From the NCBI GenBank assembly GCA_938005675.1, contig CALKXH010000105.1, positions 5,714-69,713 of the forward strand: a stretch of DNA of 64,000 nucleotides, written 5' to 3'. This DNA is from an uncultured Anaerolineae bacterium. GTDB lineage: Bacteria > Chloroflexota > Anaerolineae > Aggregatilineales > UBA2796. The notes under the pieces are model-generated. The model had not been told where the DNA came from, searched no databases, and was given only the letters and a program-made list of their open reading frames with translations. A program made the translations under genes and the position numbers. Shown here piece by piece: positions 25,521 to 35,127 of the stretch. The stretch's first letter is position 1; each line of letters starts with the position of its first letter.

Positions 25521-25832
25521 TCATCCTTGCATTGCGTTCAGTTCGTCGATATCGATGGACTTCTTGGTGCGGAAAATCGCCACGATCAGCGCCAAACCGA
25601 CCGCCACTTCCGCCGCCGCAATCGTGATCACGAAGAACACGATCAGCTGCCCGCCCATGTTGCTCCACTGCTGGGCGAATGCCACGAGCGAGAGGTTGGC
25701 GGCGTTCAGCATCAGCTCGACGGACATGAAGATCATGATGGCGTTGCGCCGCACCAAGACGCCTAACACGCCCATGATGAACAGCACGGCGCTCAGCACG
25801 ACAAAATACTCGGTCGCTACCGCAGGTTGCAC
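25521..25832 (-). CDS. nuoK: NADH-quinone oxidoreductase subunit K
   Basis: [34 protein letters not shown]. Confidence 0.97.
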   Translation of the reverse strand: MQPAVATEYFVVLSAVLFIMGVLGVLVRRNAIMIFMSVELMLNAANLSLVAFAQQWSNMGGQLIVFFVITIAAAEVAVGLALIVAIFRTKKSIDIDELNAMQG

Positions 25833-25855
25833 GTTCTGGCTCTCCTTTTGATGGT

Positions 25856-27142
25856 TCAGTCGGCGCTCGGCTCGCGTTCGCCGCTGGGCAGAGCTGGCTC
25901 GGCGCTCTCGGCGCTGACGTTGATCGGGATGGCGCGGTTGATGCGCTTGATGGCAGGGCTGACCACCAAACGTTTGCGCTCGCGCTTGAGGACTTCCTCA
26001 CGGGTCAGGATGATCGCGCCGACCATCGTCGCCAAGAGCAGCAAGCCCACCAACTGGAAGGGCAGCAGGTAGGTCGTCAGCAGCTCCGTGCCGAGCTGTT
26101 GCGGGCTGCCGAAGGCGTGCCGCGCCGCAGGCGCCGTCGGGCGCAGATAGCTCGGGCGAGTGCTGGGCGCGCCCGCGACGGCAGGCACGGGCACCGCCGT
26201 CAGGATTAGCAGCTCGTGGGTGCGGCTGCGCGCGCTGTACTCGCGCAGAGCGATCACGCGATTGCCCAAATTCTCGAAGAGGAAGTCGTACTGGCGGCGC
26301 TCTAGGCTCAGCATCGGCGAGACGTCGCCGAAGTTCAGCTCGGCGGCGAGCACCACGTTCCGATTCGGATTGCCCAAGTCCTCTTGGATGAAGTTGACCG
26401 CCCCGAAGTTGGGCAAGGCGTGGACGACGGTCAGGCGGAAGGTGTTCTCCGCCTCAAAGGGCGTCAGATCGAGCGGGGCGCTCAGCAGCCGCAAGTCCTC
26501 AGGCGTGCCGGCTACGATGTACGCCGTGGCGCGTTCTGGCTCTAGGCTCAGCGGCAGGGCGACGAGGGGCGTCGCGCCGCGCTCGAAGGGGCTAGGGCAA
26601 TCGGGATCGGGGCAGGCGGCGAAGATCAGCAAGTTATAGTTGCCCGCGCGCAGAGTTTGCAGCTCGGTGGCGTCGCCGAAGCTCAGGTCGGCGGCGACGC
26701 GCTGCTCGTTCAGGTAGATATCCACAGCGGGCGCGTTGGCGATGCTGTGGATGAAACGCGCCTGCGGCGGCGGCGCTTGCGGCTGCAGCGTCCCGATCTG
26801 CGCCTGCGCGATGCCCACAAATACCACGACCAGAAAGATCGTGGTCAGCGCCACGGCGCCGCCCGCCAGCCAGCCGTACTTGGTCGTGCCGCCGCCCAGC
26901 CGCTCCGAGCCGAGCAGCATGATCACGAACATGAACAAGACCATGATCGCCCCAGCGTAGACCGTGATCTGCACCATAGCGAGGAACGGCGCGCTGAGCA
27001 TCAGGTAGAAGAATGCCACGCACAGCAAGTTCACCACGAGGAAAAGCGCGCTGTGGACGGCGTTGCGGCTGATCAGCATGAACGCCGCTGAAAAAATCGC
27101 CACAGCCGCCACGACGATGAAGAGCACCAGTTCAAACGTCAT
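25856..27142 (-). CDS. nuoJ: NADH-quinone oxidoreductase subunit J with an inserted DUF4397-like tandem domain
   Basis: [29 protein letters not shown], and C-terminal [30 protein letters not shown]. About 210 extra residues lie between TM4 and TM5. Confidence 0.93.
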   Translation of the reverse strand: MTFELVLFIVVAAVAIFSAAFMLISRNAVHSALFLVVNLLCVAFFYLMLSAPFLAMVQITVYAGAIMVLFMFVIMLLGSERLGGGTTKYGWLAGGAVALTTIFLVVVFVGIAQAQIGTLQPQAPPPQARFIHSIANAPAVDIYLNEQRVAADLSFGDATELQTLRAGNYNLLIFAACPDPDCPSPFERGATPLVALPLSLEPERATAYIVAGTPEDLRLLSAPLDLTPFEAENTFRLTVVHALPNFGAVNFIQEDLGNPNRNVVLAAELNFGDVSPMLSLERRQYDFLFENLGNRVIALREYSARSRTHELLILTAVPVPAVAGAPSTRPSYLRPTAPAARHAFGSPQQLGTELLTTYLLPFQLVGLLLLATMVGAIILTREEVLKRERKRLVVSPAIKRINRAIPINVSAESAEPALPSGEREPSAD

Positions 27143-27183
27143 GAGTTTTAGCCCTGAAGCTGCATAGACCCGTTAGCTTGTTC

Positions 27184-27212
27184 ATTTTAGCGCAAAGCGA
27201 TCCTTGCGCCAA
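27184..27212 (-). promoter_or_regulatory. Sigma70-like promoter for nuoJKLMN
   Basis: Minus strand TTGGCG (27212-27207), 17 bp, TAAAAT (27189-27184), 41 nt upstream of the nuoJ ATG. Confidence 0.5.
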
Positions 27213-27224
27213 TGCCACCTCAAG

Positions 27225-28328
27225 CTAGAAAGCGAATTTGCCGTCGCGGTAGAGGACTTCGCCGTCGACGATGATCTCGCCGCCTTGCCGCATATCACAG
27301 ATCATATCCCAGTGAATCGCCGACTCATTCCGACTGCCCGTCTCTGGGTAGCCGCGTCCGAGCGCCATGTGAACCGTCCCGCCGATTTTTTCATCGAACA
27401 GGATGTTGCCGGTGAAGCGCTGGATGCCAAAGTTCGTGCCGATGGCGAACTCGCCCAAGTAGCGCGCGCCTGGGTCGGTCTCCAGCTGGGCGAGCAGATA
27501 GTCTTCGTTCTTGGCGGCTTTGGCGCCCACCACGCGCCCGTTTTCGAAGCGCAGCTCGACGCCCTCCACCACGCGCCCCTCCCGAATGGCGGGGAAGGAG
27601 AAACGCACCCAGCCGTTGACCGAATCCTCGACCGGACCGGTGAAAATCTCGCCGCTGGGCATGTTGTGCGTGGCGGTGGAGTTGATGAAGGTGCGCCCCT
27701 CGATGCTGAGCGTGAGATCGGCGTTGGCGCTGCGCAGCTGCACGCGCTTTTTGCCCTTCAGCCAATCGACGTACTTCTGCTGATCGGCTTCCAGCTTGCG
27801 CCAGAGCGCGACGGGGTCATCTTGATCGACGAAGCACGCCGTGTAGACGAAGTCTTCGAACTCTTCGAGGCTCATATCGGCTTCTTGGGCGTACGCCTCA
27901 GTGGGGAATTGGGTGAGCGTCCAGCGCTGATCGCCGCTGGCAGAGCGCAGGAAGCGGATTTTGTTCAGCTCGTTGCGGCTGCGGGCGCGGCGGGCGGCGC
28001 GTTTGGGGTCGATGCTGGTGGCGGCGCGCGTGTTGGTCGTGCTGCGGATGGCGATCAGCACTTTCGCCTCTTTCGCCGTCCATTCCTCCAGTGGCGAAAT
28101 CCAATCGAGCTGCGCATCGCTGGCGTGGCGCAGGAAGGTGTTGCTCATCGTCTCGTCGATCAGGACGGGGATGCAGTGCCCGCCAGCGCGGATGACTTCT
28201 TTGTAGGTCTGGCGCAGGAGCGGCAAGCCGCTGATCTCGCCCGTCAAAATGACGGTCTCGCCGGGCTGCACGGCGACGGAATATTCAACCAATGTGCGCG
28301 CGAGGCGCGCGAGGCGCGGGTCAGTCAT
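27225..28328 (-). CDS. M29 family aminopeptidase (AmpS/AmpT/PepS-like)
   Basis: LARTLVEYSVAVQPGE, NMPSGEIFTGP, YLGEFAIGTN, LFDEKIGGTVHMALG, SAIHWDM. Confidence 0.95.
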   Translation of the reverse strand: MTDPRLARLARTLVEYSVAVQPGETVILTGEISGLPLLRQTYKEVIRAGGHCIPVLIDETMSNTFLRHASDAQLDWISPLEEWTAKEAKVLIAIRSTTNTRAATSIDPKRAARRARSRNELNKIRFLRSASGDQRWTLTQFPTEAYAQEADMSLEEFEDFVYTACFVDQDDPVALWRKLEADQQKYVDWLKGKKRVQLRSANADLTLSIEGRTFINSTATHNMPSGEIFTGPVEDSVNGWVRFSFPAIREGRVVEGVELRFENGRVVGAKAAKNEDYLLAQLETDPGARYLGEFAIGTNFGIQRFTGNILFDEKIGGTVHMALGRGYPETGSRNESAIHWDMICDMRQGGEIIVDGEVLYRDGKFAF

Positions 28329-28461
28329 CGGAGAATCCTTTCAAAAGCGCAATAATGGCTTAAGCCTAACGCCTTGCCGATGAATTGGCAACTCATGCCG
28401 TTCGCCACAGGCTCTGCAGCGCGCTATACTGAGCCAAAGGAGCGCTTATGAGGCAACTGCC

Positions 28462-30639
28462 ATGACTGAGCCAATCTACCTCGCTTTAGTCTTTCACAAC
28501 CATCAGCCTGTAGGGCAGTTCGACTACGTGACCGAGCATAGCACCCATGTGAGCTATTTGCCGCTCATCGAGGCGCTAGAGCATCATCCGAAGGTGCGCG
28601 TGGCGCTGCACTACAGCGGCGCGCTCTTGGAGTGGCTCAAGCACAATCAGCGCGAGATGCTGGAGCGGCTGCGCGCTCTGGTCGCCGTCAAGCAGGTGGA
28701 GCTGCTCTCTGGCGGCTATTACGAGCCGATCCTCGCCGTCATCCCCGACGAAGACAAGATCGGGCAGATCGAGAAGCTCAACGACGAGCTGGAGGCGCTC
28801 TTCGGCGTCACGCCTAGCGGCATGTGGCTGACCGAGCGCATCTGGGAGCCGCACCTTGCCAAGCCGATTGCCCAAGCCGCCCTGCGCTACGTGATCTTAG
28901 ATGACGCGCACTTCGAGGCGGTCGGCTTTGAGAGCGCCCATGAGATGTTCGGCTACTACATCACGGAGGAGCAAGGCTACGCCCTCGCCGTCTTTCCCTC
29001 GCTCAGACATTTGCGCTACGCCATCCCGTGGCAGCCCGTCGAGAGCGTCTTGGAGTGGCTGCGCGAGCAAGCGCAGCAAGCTTCGAGCGCCCAGCCGCCG
29101 CGCCTGCTCCTGATGGCGGATAACGGCGAGAAATTCGGCACCTACGCCGGCGCCTACGAGTACTGCTGGGGCGAAGGGCGCTACATGGAGGACTTATTCA
29201 CCGCCCTTGAGATGAACGCCGAATGGCTCAAGACCATCACGCCCAGTCAGTACATGGCGCGCTTCCCGCCGCTCGGACGCGCCTACTTGCCCGCCACCAG
29301 CTACACCGAGATGGGCATCTGGAGCTTGCTGACCGAAAATGGGCAGCGCCTCGCCGAGTTGCGCCAGCAGCTGGAGCGCGAACGGCGCGCCGATCAGCTC
29401 CGTTTCTTGCGCGGCGGCATGTGGCGCAACTTTCTGGTCAAGTATGACGAGGTCAATCTGCTGCACAAGCGCATGTTGATGGTCAGCCGCAAAGTTCACG
29501 CCATGCGGCGCGGACGCAAGCGCGAGCACGCCCTAGAGCGCCTGTGGGCGGCTCAATGCAACGACGCCTACTGGCACGGACTCTCAGGCGGCGTCTATTT
29601 GTTCAATTTGCGGGTGGCGAATTACGCCAATCTGATCGCCGCCGAAGATGCCGCCGATAGCGAAGAGAGCCAGTTGCGCCTGCAGACCTTCGATTTGGAT
29701 CAGGACGGACACGAGGATGTGGTGCTGCTGGGCGCCCCGTTCAGCGCGGTGTGGTCGCCCGTGCACGGTGGCGGCATGGTCGAGCTGGACTTTCGCCCGG
29801 CGGCGTACAACCTCTACAACGTCATGACGCGCCGCCGAGAGAGCTACCACGCCCGTCTGCGCCAAGCCGCCGCCGAAGGCAGCATCGCTCTGCCCACCTC
29901 GCCCGCGCCCCCAGAGGCGGATCGCCTGCACAGCCGCATCGTGCGCGCTAAGGAGGCGGGCTTAGAGCATCGCCTGATCTACGACTGGCATCGCCGCTGC
30001 GCCTTTCTCGATCATTTCCTGAGCGCCTCCACCACCCTTGAGGAGTTCTACCGCGCCCAGTACGCTGAACAGGGCAATTTCGTCAATCAGCCCTACCAAA
30101 TCGCCGAGAGCGCCTGCGACGGGATGCGCGCATTCGTCACTTTGGAGCGCTCAGGCAGCGTCTGGATCGGCGAGACGGCGCATCCGATCCGCATCCGCAA
30201 GAGCTTTCACTTCTTTCGGGGCGAAAACGTCTTCAAGGCGCACTACAGCCTCTTCAGCGGCAGCGCCCAGCCGCTGGAGCTGCACTTCGGCATTGAGACG
30301 GTCGTCGGCTTCGATGGCGGGCAGGACGTCGCCAATAGCGCCTTGCGGCTGAACGGCGAGAGCGAGCGCCTGCCCTTGAGCGCCCTGCGCGAGATGGAAG
30401 GCGTCACTCACTACAGCGCCGATACCGTCCTGCACAACGTCACGCTCCTGACCGCCCTCAGCCGACCGGCTTTTTTGTGGCAATTCCCTCTGGAGACGGT
30501 TACGCTCTCCAACGATGGCTTTGAGCGCGGCTATCAAGGCACGGTTTTTTTGCACTTGTGGCATCTTCGGCTAGAGCCCGACGAACGTTGGGAAGTCACT
30601 TTGACCCAAAGCGTGAGCCAAACCGCAACACACCTCTAG
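28462..30639 (+). CDS. GH57 alpha-amylase/4-alpha-glucanotransferase family protein with C-terminal beta domain
   Basis: HNHQP, GGYYEPIL, GMWLTERIWEP, DNGEKFG, GGMWRNFLVKY.E.N, QCNDAYWHG. See the finding on the acid/base residue. Confidence 0.92.
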   Translation: MTEPIYLALVFHNHQPVGQFDYVTEHSTHVSYLPLIEALEHHPKVRVALHYSGALLEWLKHNQREMLERLRALVAVKQVELLSGGYYEPILAVIPDEDKIGQIEKLNDELEALFGVTPSGMWLTERIWEPHLAKPIAQAALRYVILDDAHFEAVGFESAHEMFGYYITEEQGYALAVFPSLRHLRYAIPWQPVESVLEWLREQAQQASSAQPPRLLLMADNGEKFGTYAGAYEYCWGEGRYMEDLFTALEMNAEWLKTITPSQYMARFPPLGRAYLPATSYTEMGIWSLLTENGQRLAELRQQLERERRADQLRFLRGGMWRNFLVKYDEVNLLHKRMLMVSRKVHAMRRGRKREHALERLWAAQCNDAYWHGLSGGVYLFNLRVANYANLIAAEDAADSEESQLRLQTFDLDQDGHEDVVLLGAPFSAVWSPVHGGGMVELDFRPAAYNLYNVMTRRRESYHARLRQAAAEGSIALPTSPAPPEADRLHSRIVRAKEAGLEHRLIYDWHRRCAFLDHFLSASTTLEEFYRAQYAEQGNFVNQPYQIAESACDGMRAFVTLERSGSVWIGETAHPIRIRKSFHFFRGENVFKAHYSLFSGSAQPLELHFGIETVVGFDGGQDVANSALRLNGESERLPLSALREMEGVTHYSADTVLHNVTLLTALSRPAFLWQFPLETVTLSNDGFERGYQGTVFLHLWHLRLEPDERWEVTLTQSVSQTATHL

Positions 30640-30646
30640 GAGACCT

Positions 30647-32269
30647 ATGCTAGACCGACTGATCCTGAACGCGAACGTCTACACTTTCGATGAGCAGCTG
30701 CCGCGCGCCCGCGCCCTCGCCATTCAGCGCGATCAGATCGTGGCGGCGGGCGATGACTCCTTGCGCGCCCTCGCCACGCGCCAGACTCAGATCGACGATC
30801 TCGAAGGCGCGACCGTGATCTGCGGCCTGACCGACGCGCACATCCACTGGGAGCTGACTGCCCGCGCCCTGCGCGAGATCGACCTCTTCGATCTGCCCAG
30901 CAAGGCTGAGGCGGTCGCGCGGGTGGGCGCCGCCGCAGCCAAAGCTGAAGTCGGCACGTGGCTGATCGGGCGCGGCTGGGCGCAGGCACAGTGGGAGGGC
31001 GGCGCCTTCCCGACTGCCGCCGACCTAGACGCTGTGACGCCGCACAACCCTGTCTTTTTGCGAGCGCGCAGCGAACACGCGGCGTGGGTCAATAGCGCGG
31101 CGCTGCGCGAGGCGGGCATCACCGCCGACACGCCCGATCCCGCCGACGGCGTCATCCTGCGCGATGAGTCGGGCGCGCCGACGGGCGTGCTGCTGGAGGG
31201 CGCGATGAGCTTGGTGCGCAAGTGTTTGCCCGTCCCCAGCGCGGCTGAGATTGCCGCCCTGATGCGCGAGGCGCAGACTTTAGCGTGGCGCTGCGGCTTG
31301 ACGGGCATCCACGATTTCGATCAGCCGCGCGCCTTCGAAGCTTTCCAGCTGCTCCATGAGCGCGGCGAGCTGGGCTTGCGCGTGGTCAAGAACATCAACG
31401 ACCCGTTCATCGATGAGGCGATACGGCTAGGGCTGCGTTGGGGCTTCGGCAATCACTGGCTGCGCTTGGGCGGCTTGAAAATCTTCGCCGATGGCGCTTT
31501 GGGCGCGCGTACGGCGCTCCTGTTCGAGCCGTACGAGAGCGAGCCTGAGAATTGCGGCGTTGCCGTGACCGATAAAGACGCGATGTTGGCGCTTGTGATG
31601 CTGGCGAGTCGGGCGGGCTTCCCCGCCACCATTCACGCCATCGGCGATAGAGCCGTTCACGAGGTGCTGAACGTCTACGAGCAAGCCCGCGCCGATGAGC
31701 GGGCGCGCGGCTTGCAGCCGTCAGATCGACGGCATCGCATCGAGCACGTCCAATTGATCCAGCCCGACGACGTGCCGCGCCTTGCCGCGCTGGACGTGAT
31801 CGCCTCGATGCAGCCGATTCACGCCACCGCCGATTACCCGATGGCGGATAAATACTGGGGCGCGCGCTCGCGCTACGCCTACAACGCGCGGCTGCAGCTC
31901 GATCACGGCGCGCGGGTAGCCTTTGGCTCGGATTCGCCCGTCGAGCCGTTCGAGCCGCTCAAGGGCATTCACGCGGCGGTCACGCGCTGCCGCGCCGATG
32001 GCTCGCCCAGCCGCGAGGGCTGGTATCCTGAGGCGCGCCTGAGCGTTGAGGAGGCGGTGCGCGGCTACACGCAGGGCGCGGCGTACGCGGCGGGCATGGA
32101 GTCGCGCTTGGGGAAGTTGGCGGCGGGCTATCTGGCTGATCTGGTGGCGTTAGATCGGGACATTTTCGAGATCGATCCGCACGACCTGCTCAAGGTGCGC
32201 GTGGTCGGCACGATGACGGGCGGCATCTGGCGCTACACGGATGGCATCAAGCCGTTGGCGCAAGCCTGA
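30647..32269 (+). CDS. Amidohydrolase_3 (YtcJ-like) metal-dependent hydrolase
   Basis: DAHIH, HAAWVNSAAL, GLKIFADGALG, HAIGDRA, RIEHVQ, FGSDSPVE, GKLAAGYLADLV. Confidence 0.92.
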   Translation: MLDRLILNANVYTFDEQLPRARALAIQRDQIVAAGDDSLRALATRQTQIDDLEGATVICGLTDAHIHWELTARALREIDLFDLPSKAEAVARVGAAAAKAEVGTWLIGRGWAQAQWEGGAFPTAADLDAVTPHNPVFLRARSEHAAWVNSAALREAGITADTPDPADGVILRDESGAPTGVLLEGAMSLVRKCLPVPSAAEIAALMREAQTLAWRCGLTGIHDFDQPRAFEAFQLLHERGELGLRVVKNINDPFIDEAIRLGLRWGFGNHWLRLGGLKIFADGALGARTALLFEPYESEPENCGVAVTDKDAMLALVMLASRAGFPATIHAIGDRAVHEVLNVYEQARADERARGLQPSDRRHRIEHVQLIQPDDVPRLAALDVIASMQPIHATADYPMADKYWGARSRYAYNARLQLDHGARVAFGSDSPVEPFEPLKGIHAAVTRCRADGSPSREGWYPEARLSVEEAVRGYTQGAAYAAGMESRLGKLAAGYLADLVALDRDIFEIDPHDLLKVRVVGTMTGGIWRYTDGIKPLAQA

Positions 32270-32272
32270 GGG

Positions 32273-33052
32273 CTATTCGGCGCTCTCCCACTCGCTGCCG
32301 CATTTGCGGCAACGCCACCAGCCCTCGCCGTCTTCGTAGTGCCAATCGAGGATGCCTTTCCCGCAGGGGCACCACTCCAGATCGGGCATCTCGGCGGGCT
32401 GCAGGGTGCGGTCGCAGCGCGGGCAGTGATAGCCTTGTGGCAGCTCCTGCAGCCAGCACTCGCACTCTGGGCAGCGCAAGAGCTGTGTGGCTTCTTGGGC
32501 GCTGATGAACGTCCCGCAGCGGTTGCACAGCCAGCCCTCCGAGCCACACGCCTCGACTGTGCTGCCGCAGCGGTAGCAGCCGTAACCGCGCGCCTCCACC
32601 CACGTGAAGTACGCTTGAATCTGGGCGAGTTTTTGGGCGGCGCGGCGCTTGCCCAGCCGCTCTTCTAGCCAACGGATAGGGTCTTTGTTGCCTTTGCTGT
32701 TGTTGCAGCCGCCCTCGCCGTGGCAGAGCGGCAGGATGTTGGTCGGCACGGTGCCGGGGCAGCGCGGGTCGCTGAGCGGAATCCAGTGATCTTGGGCTAG
32801 GGTGTGCCACAAGCCGCGCGGACGTCCGCAGATGGCGCATTGGTAGCCCCAGTAGTCCAGCGCGTCTTCCCAATCGCTGTTGCTGAAGGCGATGGGCAGG
32901 CTGCGCTTGCGGGCGAGGTAAGGGCGCTCTGTGCGAGGCGGGGCGAGCGGCACGGGCGGCGGCGGGGCGAGTCTGCCCAATAAGCGCTCACTCAGCTCAG
33001 CCATGATGCGCCAGAGAGTCTCTCGGCGAGAGATGCCCGCTTGCCGTGCCAT
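32273..33052 (-). CDS. HNH endonuclease with a C-terminal array of CxxC zinc knuckles
   Basis: WGYQCAICG..QDHWIPL..TVPTNILPLC..CNNSKG (Zn-HNH), then CYRC, CNRC, CPEC, CPRC, CPC, CRKC. Confidence 0.85.
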   Translation of the reverse strand: MARQAGISRRETLWRIMAELSERLLGRLAPPPPVPLAPPRTERPYLARKRSLPIAFSNSDWEDALDYWGYQCAICGRPRGLWHTLAQDHWIPLSDPRCPGTVPTNILPLCHGEGGCNNSKGNKDPIRWLEERLGKRRAAQKLAQIQAYFTWVEARGYGCYRCGSTVEACGSEGWLCNRCGTFISAQEATQLLRCPECECWLQELPQGYHCPRCDRTLQPAEMPDLEWCPCGKGILDWHYEDGEGWWRCRKCGSEWESAE

Positions 33053-33202
33053 GTCCGTTCACCGTCGTTTGAAAGGCGTCTTCGTCGCCTCGAAATTATA
33101 TAGCGATTCAGGTTAAGTTCAAATTTTGTTTCAAATGCTGAGCCCGCTGCCCGCGTCAGTCGAGGCGCGGACTTGCTCGAAATTTTTCCAAAAGCAGATC
33201 GC

Positions 33203-33231
33203 TTGCCTTACAAATCATTTGGGCGTATACT
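33203..33231 (+). promoter_or_regulatory. Sigma70-like promoter
   Basis: TTGCCT (33203-33208), 17 bp, TATACT (33226-33231). GAGGAG RBS precedes ATG 33272. Confidence 0.6.
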
Positions 33232-33271
33232 GCTCAGTAGACGGTCAGGGCAGTATCAGAGGAGTGTGCTT

Positions 33272-33709
33272 ATGTTGGGCTTTGCGGCGTTGTTTTCGGG
33301 GCTGAATTTTCAAGGGACGATTCGGCGCTATTGCGATCAGATCGGCTGGAAGATTGCGGACATCAACGATAAACGCGCTCTGCTGAAATTCACCATGCGC
33401 TCCGGGCGCACTCAGTCGCTGTGGATTGTGCGCTACGATACCACGCTGGAGTTCTCGGTGCCGAGCATGGCGCAGTTCGACTCGGAAGAGCGCATCCCGC
33501 ACTACCTCTCGACGGTCTTGCTCAAGCGCAGCGCTCAGAACAAGATCGGCTTCTGGTGCATCGAGCAGATCGGCGGCAAGCACGTCTTCTCGTGTATGCA
33601 CAACGCCGAGCTCTCGCTCATCAACGTCGAGTATTTCGAGAAAGTGGTCAACGCGCTGGTCTTGGAGTGCGATACCTTCGAGGGCATCCTGATCGATATG
33701 ATGCGCTGA
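33272..33709 (+). CDS. Hypothetical protein, possible YbjN/type III chaperone-like fold
   Basis: 145 aa with RBS and promoter. Helix-three strands-helix-strands-helix pattern (LLKRSAQNKIGFWCI...FEKVVNALVLECD). Fold is inference. Confidence 0.6.
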   Translation: MLGFAALFSGLNFQGTIRRYCDQIGWKIADINDKRALLKFTMRSGRTQSLWIVRYDTTLEFSVPSMAQFDSEERIPHYLSTVLLKRSAQNKIGFWCIEQIGGKHVFSCMHNAELSLINVEYFEKVVNALVLECDTFEGILIDMMR

Positions 33710-33759
33710 GGATCGGCGCGCGATGGCGCGGGCGCTCAGAGTCTGAGCGCCCGCTTCGC

Positions 33760-34146
33760 TCACCGCTCTGAGCGCGCCTCTTCGGCGATGCGCTCTCGCA
33801 GGAATGCCAGACCCTCTTCATAAGTCTCGAAGAAGCAGACTCGCTCGAAGCGTGCCAACTTAAAGACCGTCTCGCCGATCAGGCGCACGACCGATTGCGC
33901 GCCCACCACCACGACCTCGCCGCCCATCGGATGTTTGAGCGCAGGCGCCTCGCGGGCGCGCAGCGCGCCCGGCATCGAGAGCCGCGCGCCGCTCACGTCG
34001 ATCAGCAGGTGCAGCGGACGCTCGGCAGCGTCGTAGTACTTGCGCGATTCGGGGAAGAGCTGCAACATCTCTTTGGCTGTCCACGGATCCGTGAAGGTGA
34101 CTAGCAAGATGCGTTCGTTCTCGATCAGTTGTTGTGTGACGGGCAT
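33760..34146 (-). CDS. Small STAS/SpoIIAA-like hypothetical protein
   Basis: ILLVTFTDPW...LHLLIDVS...VVVVG...FFETYEEGLAFL pattern, typical of SpoIIAA-like proteins. Confidence 0.65.
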   Translation of the reverse strand: MPVTQQLIENERILLVTFTDPWTAKEMLQLFPESRKYYDAAERPLHLLIDVSGARLSMPGALRAREAPALKHPMGGEVVVVGAQSVVRLIGETVFKLARFERVCFFETYEEGLAFLRERIAEEARSER

Positions 34147-34273
34147 TTTCCCAGACCTCAGGCATGACGATAGGACTTGTCACATCTCATAGTAGCACGG
34201 CTTCCTTATCAGAACGAGATAATTGTGTTAATCTTTTCTGAAGAATTCAGCCATCTCAAGCACGGCAGAGCGA

Positions 34274-35092
34274 TTGAGCATGACATCTGAGACGCATAAC
34301 GGCTTAGCCGCCATCACGCAGACCTTTCAGCGCGCCAAGCAGGAGCGCCGCGCCACCTTCATGCCCTTTTTCACCGTCGGCTACCCCGACCTGCCCACCT
34401 CAATCGCCGTCCTAGAGGCGCTCAGCGAGGCGGGCGCCGACGCGCTGGAGATCGGGATGCCCTTCAGCGATCCGTTGGCGGACGGTCCGACCATTCAGCA
34501 CGCCTCGCAGGTGGCGCTAGAGCGCGGCACGCGCATCGCCGATTGCCTCGGCGCTGTGCAGACTCTGCGCGAGCGCAGCGTGGATGTGCCGCTGGTCATG
34601 ATGGGCTACTTGAATCCGTTGCTCGCCTACGGCTTGGAGCGCTTCGTCTCGGAGGCGGCTCAGGCGGGCGCCAGCGGCTTCATCATCCCCGACTTGCCGC
34701 CCGAAGAGGCTGAGGAGTTCAACGCCCTGTGCGCCGCGCACGGACTGGGCTTCACCCCGTTGCTGGCGCCGAATAGCAGCCCGCAACGCATGGCTGAGGT
34801 GGCGAAGACCGCGCGCGGCTTCCTGTATTTGGTCTCGGTGACCGGCGTGACCGGCGCCCGCGAGAGCCTGCCGCCCGACCTGACCGACTACATCGCGCGC
34901 GCCCGCGCCCAGACCGATCTGCCGCTCGCGGTCGGCTTCGGCATCAGCACGCCCGATCAGGCGCGCCAAGTGGCAGCTCACGCCGACGGCGTGATCGTGG
35001 CGAGCGCGCTCATCCGCCTGATGGAGCGCGAGGGGCTTGAGGCTGTTCGCAGGCTTGCGGCGAGCCTGCGCGCCGCTTGTGTGGTAGAATAG
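34274..35092 (+). CDS. trpA: Tryptophan synthase alpha chain
   Basis: [55 protein letters not shown]. Confidence 0.97.
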   Translation: MSMTSETHNGLAAITQTFQRAKQERRATFMPFFTVGYPDLPTSIAVLEALSEAGADALEIGMPFSDPLADGPTIQHASQVALERGTRIADCLGAVQTLRERSVDVPLVMMGYLNPLLAYGLERFVSEAAQAGASGFIIPDLPPEEAEEFNALCAAHGLGFTPLLAPNSSPQRMAEVAKTARGFLYLVSVTGVTGARESLPPDLTDYIARARAQTDLPLAVGFGISTPDQARQVAAHADGVIVASALIRLMEREGLEAVRRLAASLRAACVVE

Positions 35093-35127
35093 CTCATAAC
35101 ATACACCCACACTTAGGACGGCTGTTT

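Noticed and set aside
28357-28391. Short palindromes GGCTTAAGCC and ttgcc-N8-ggcaa in the aminopeptidase/GH57 divergent region, and tgtt-ata-aaca near 40024
   Set aside because: Too short to distinguish from chance without comparative data.
33020-33052. SRR in the HNH N-terminus as a Tat signal
   Set aside because: No hydrophobic h-region follows, and the consensus FLK is absent.
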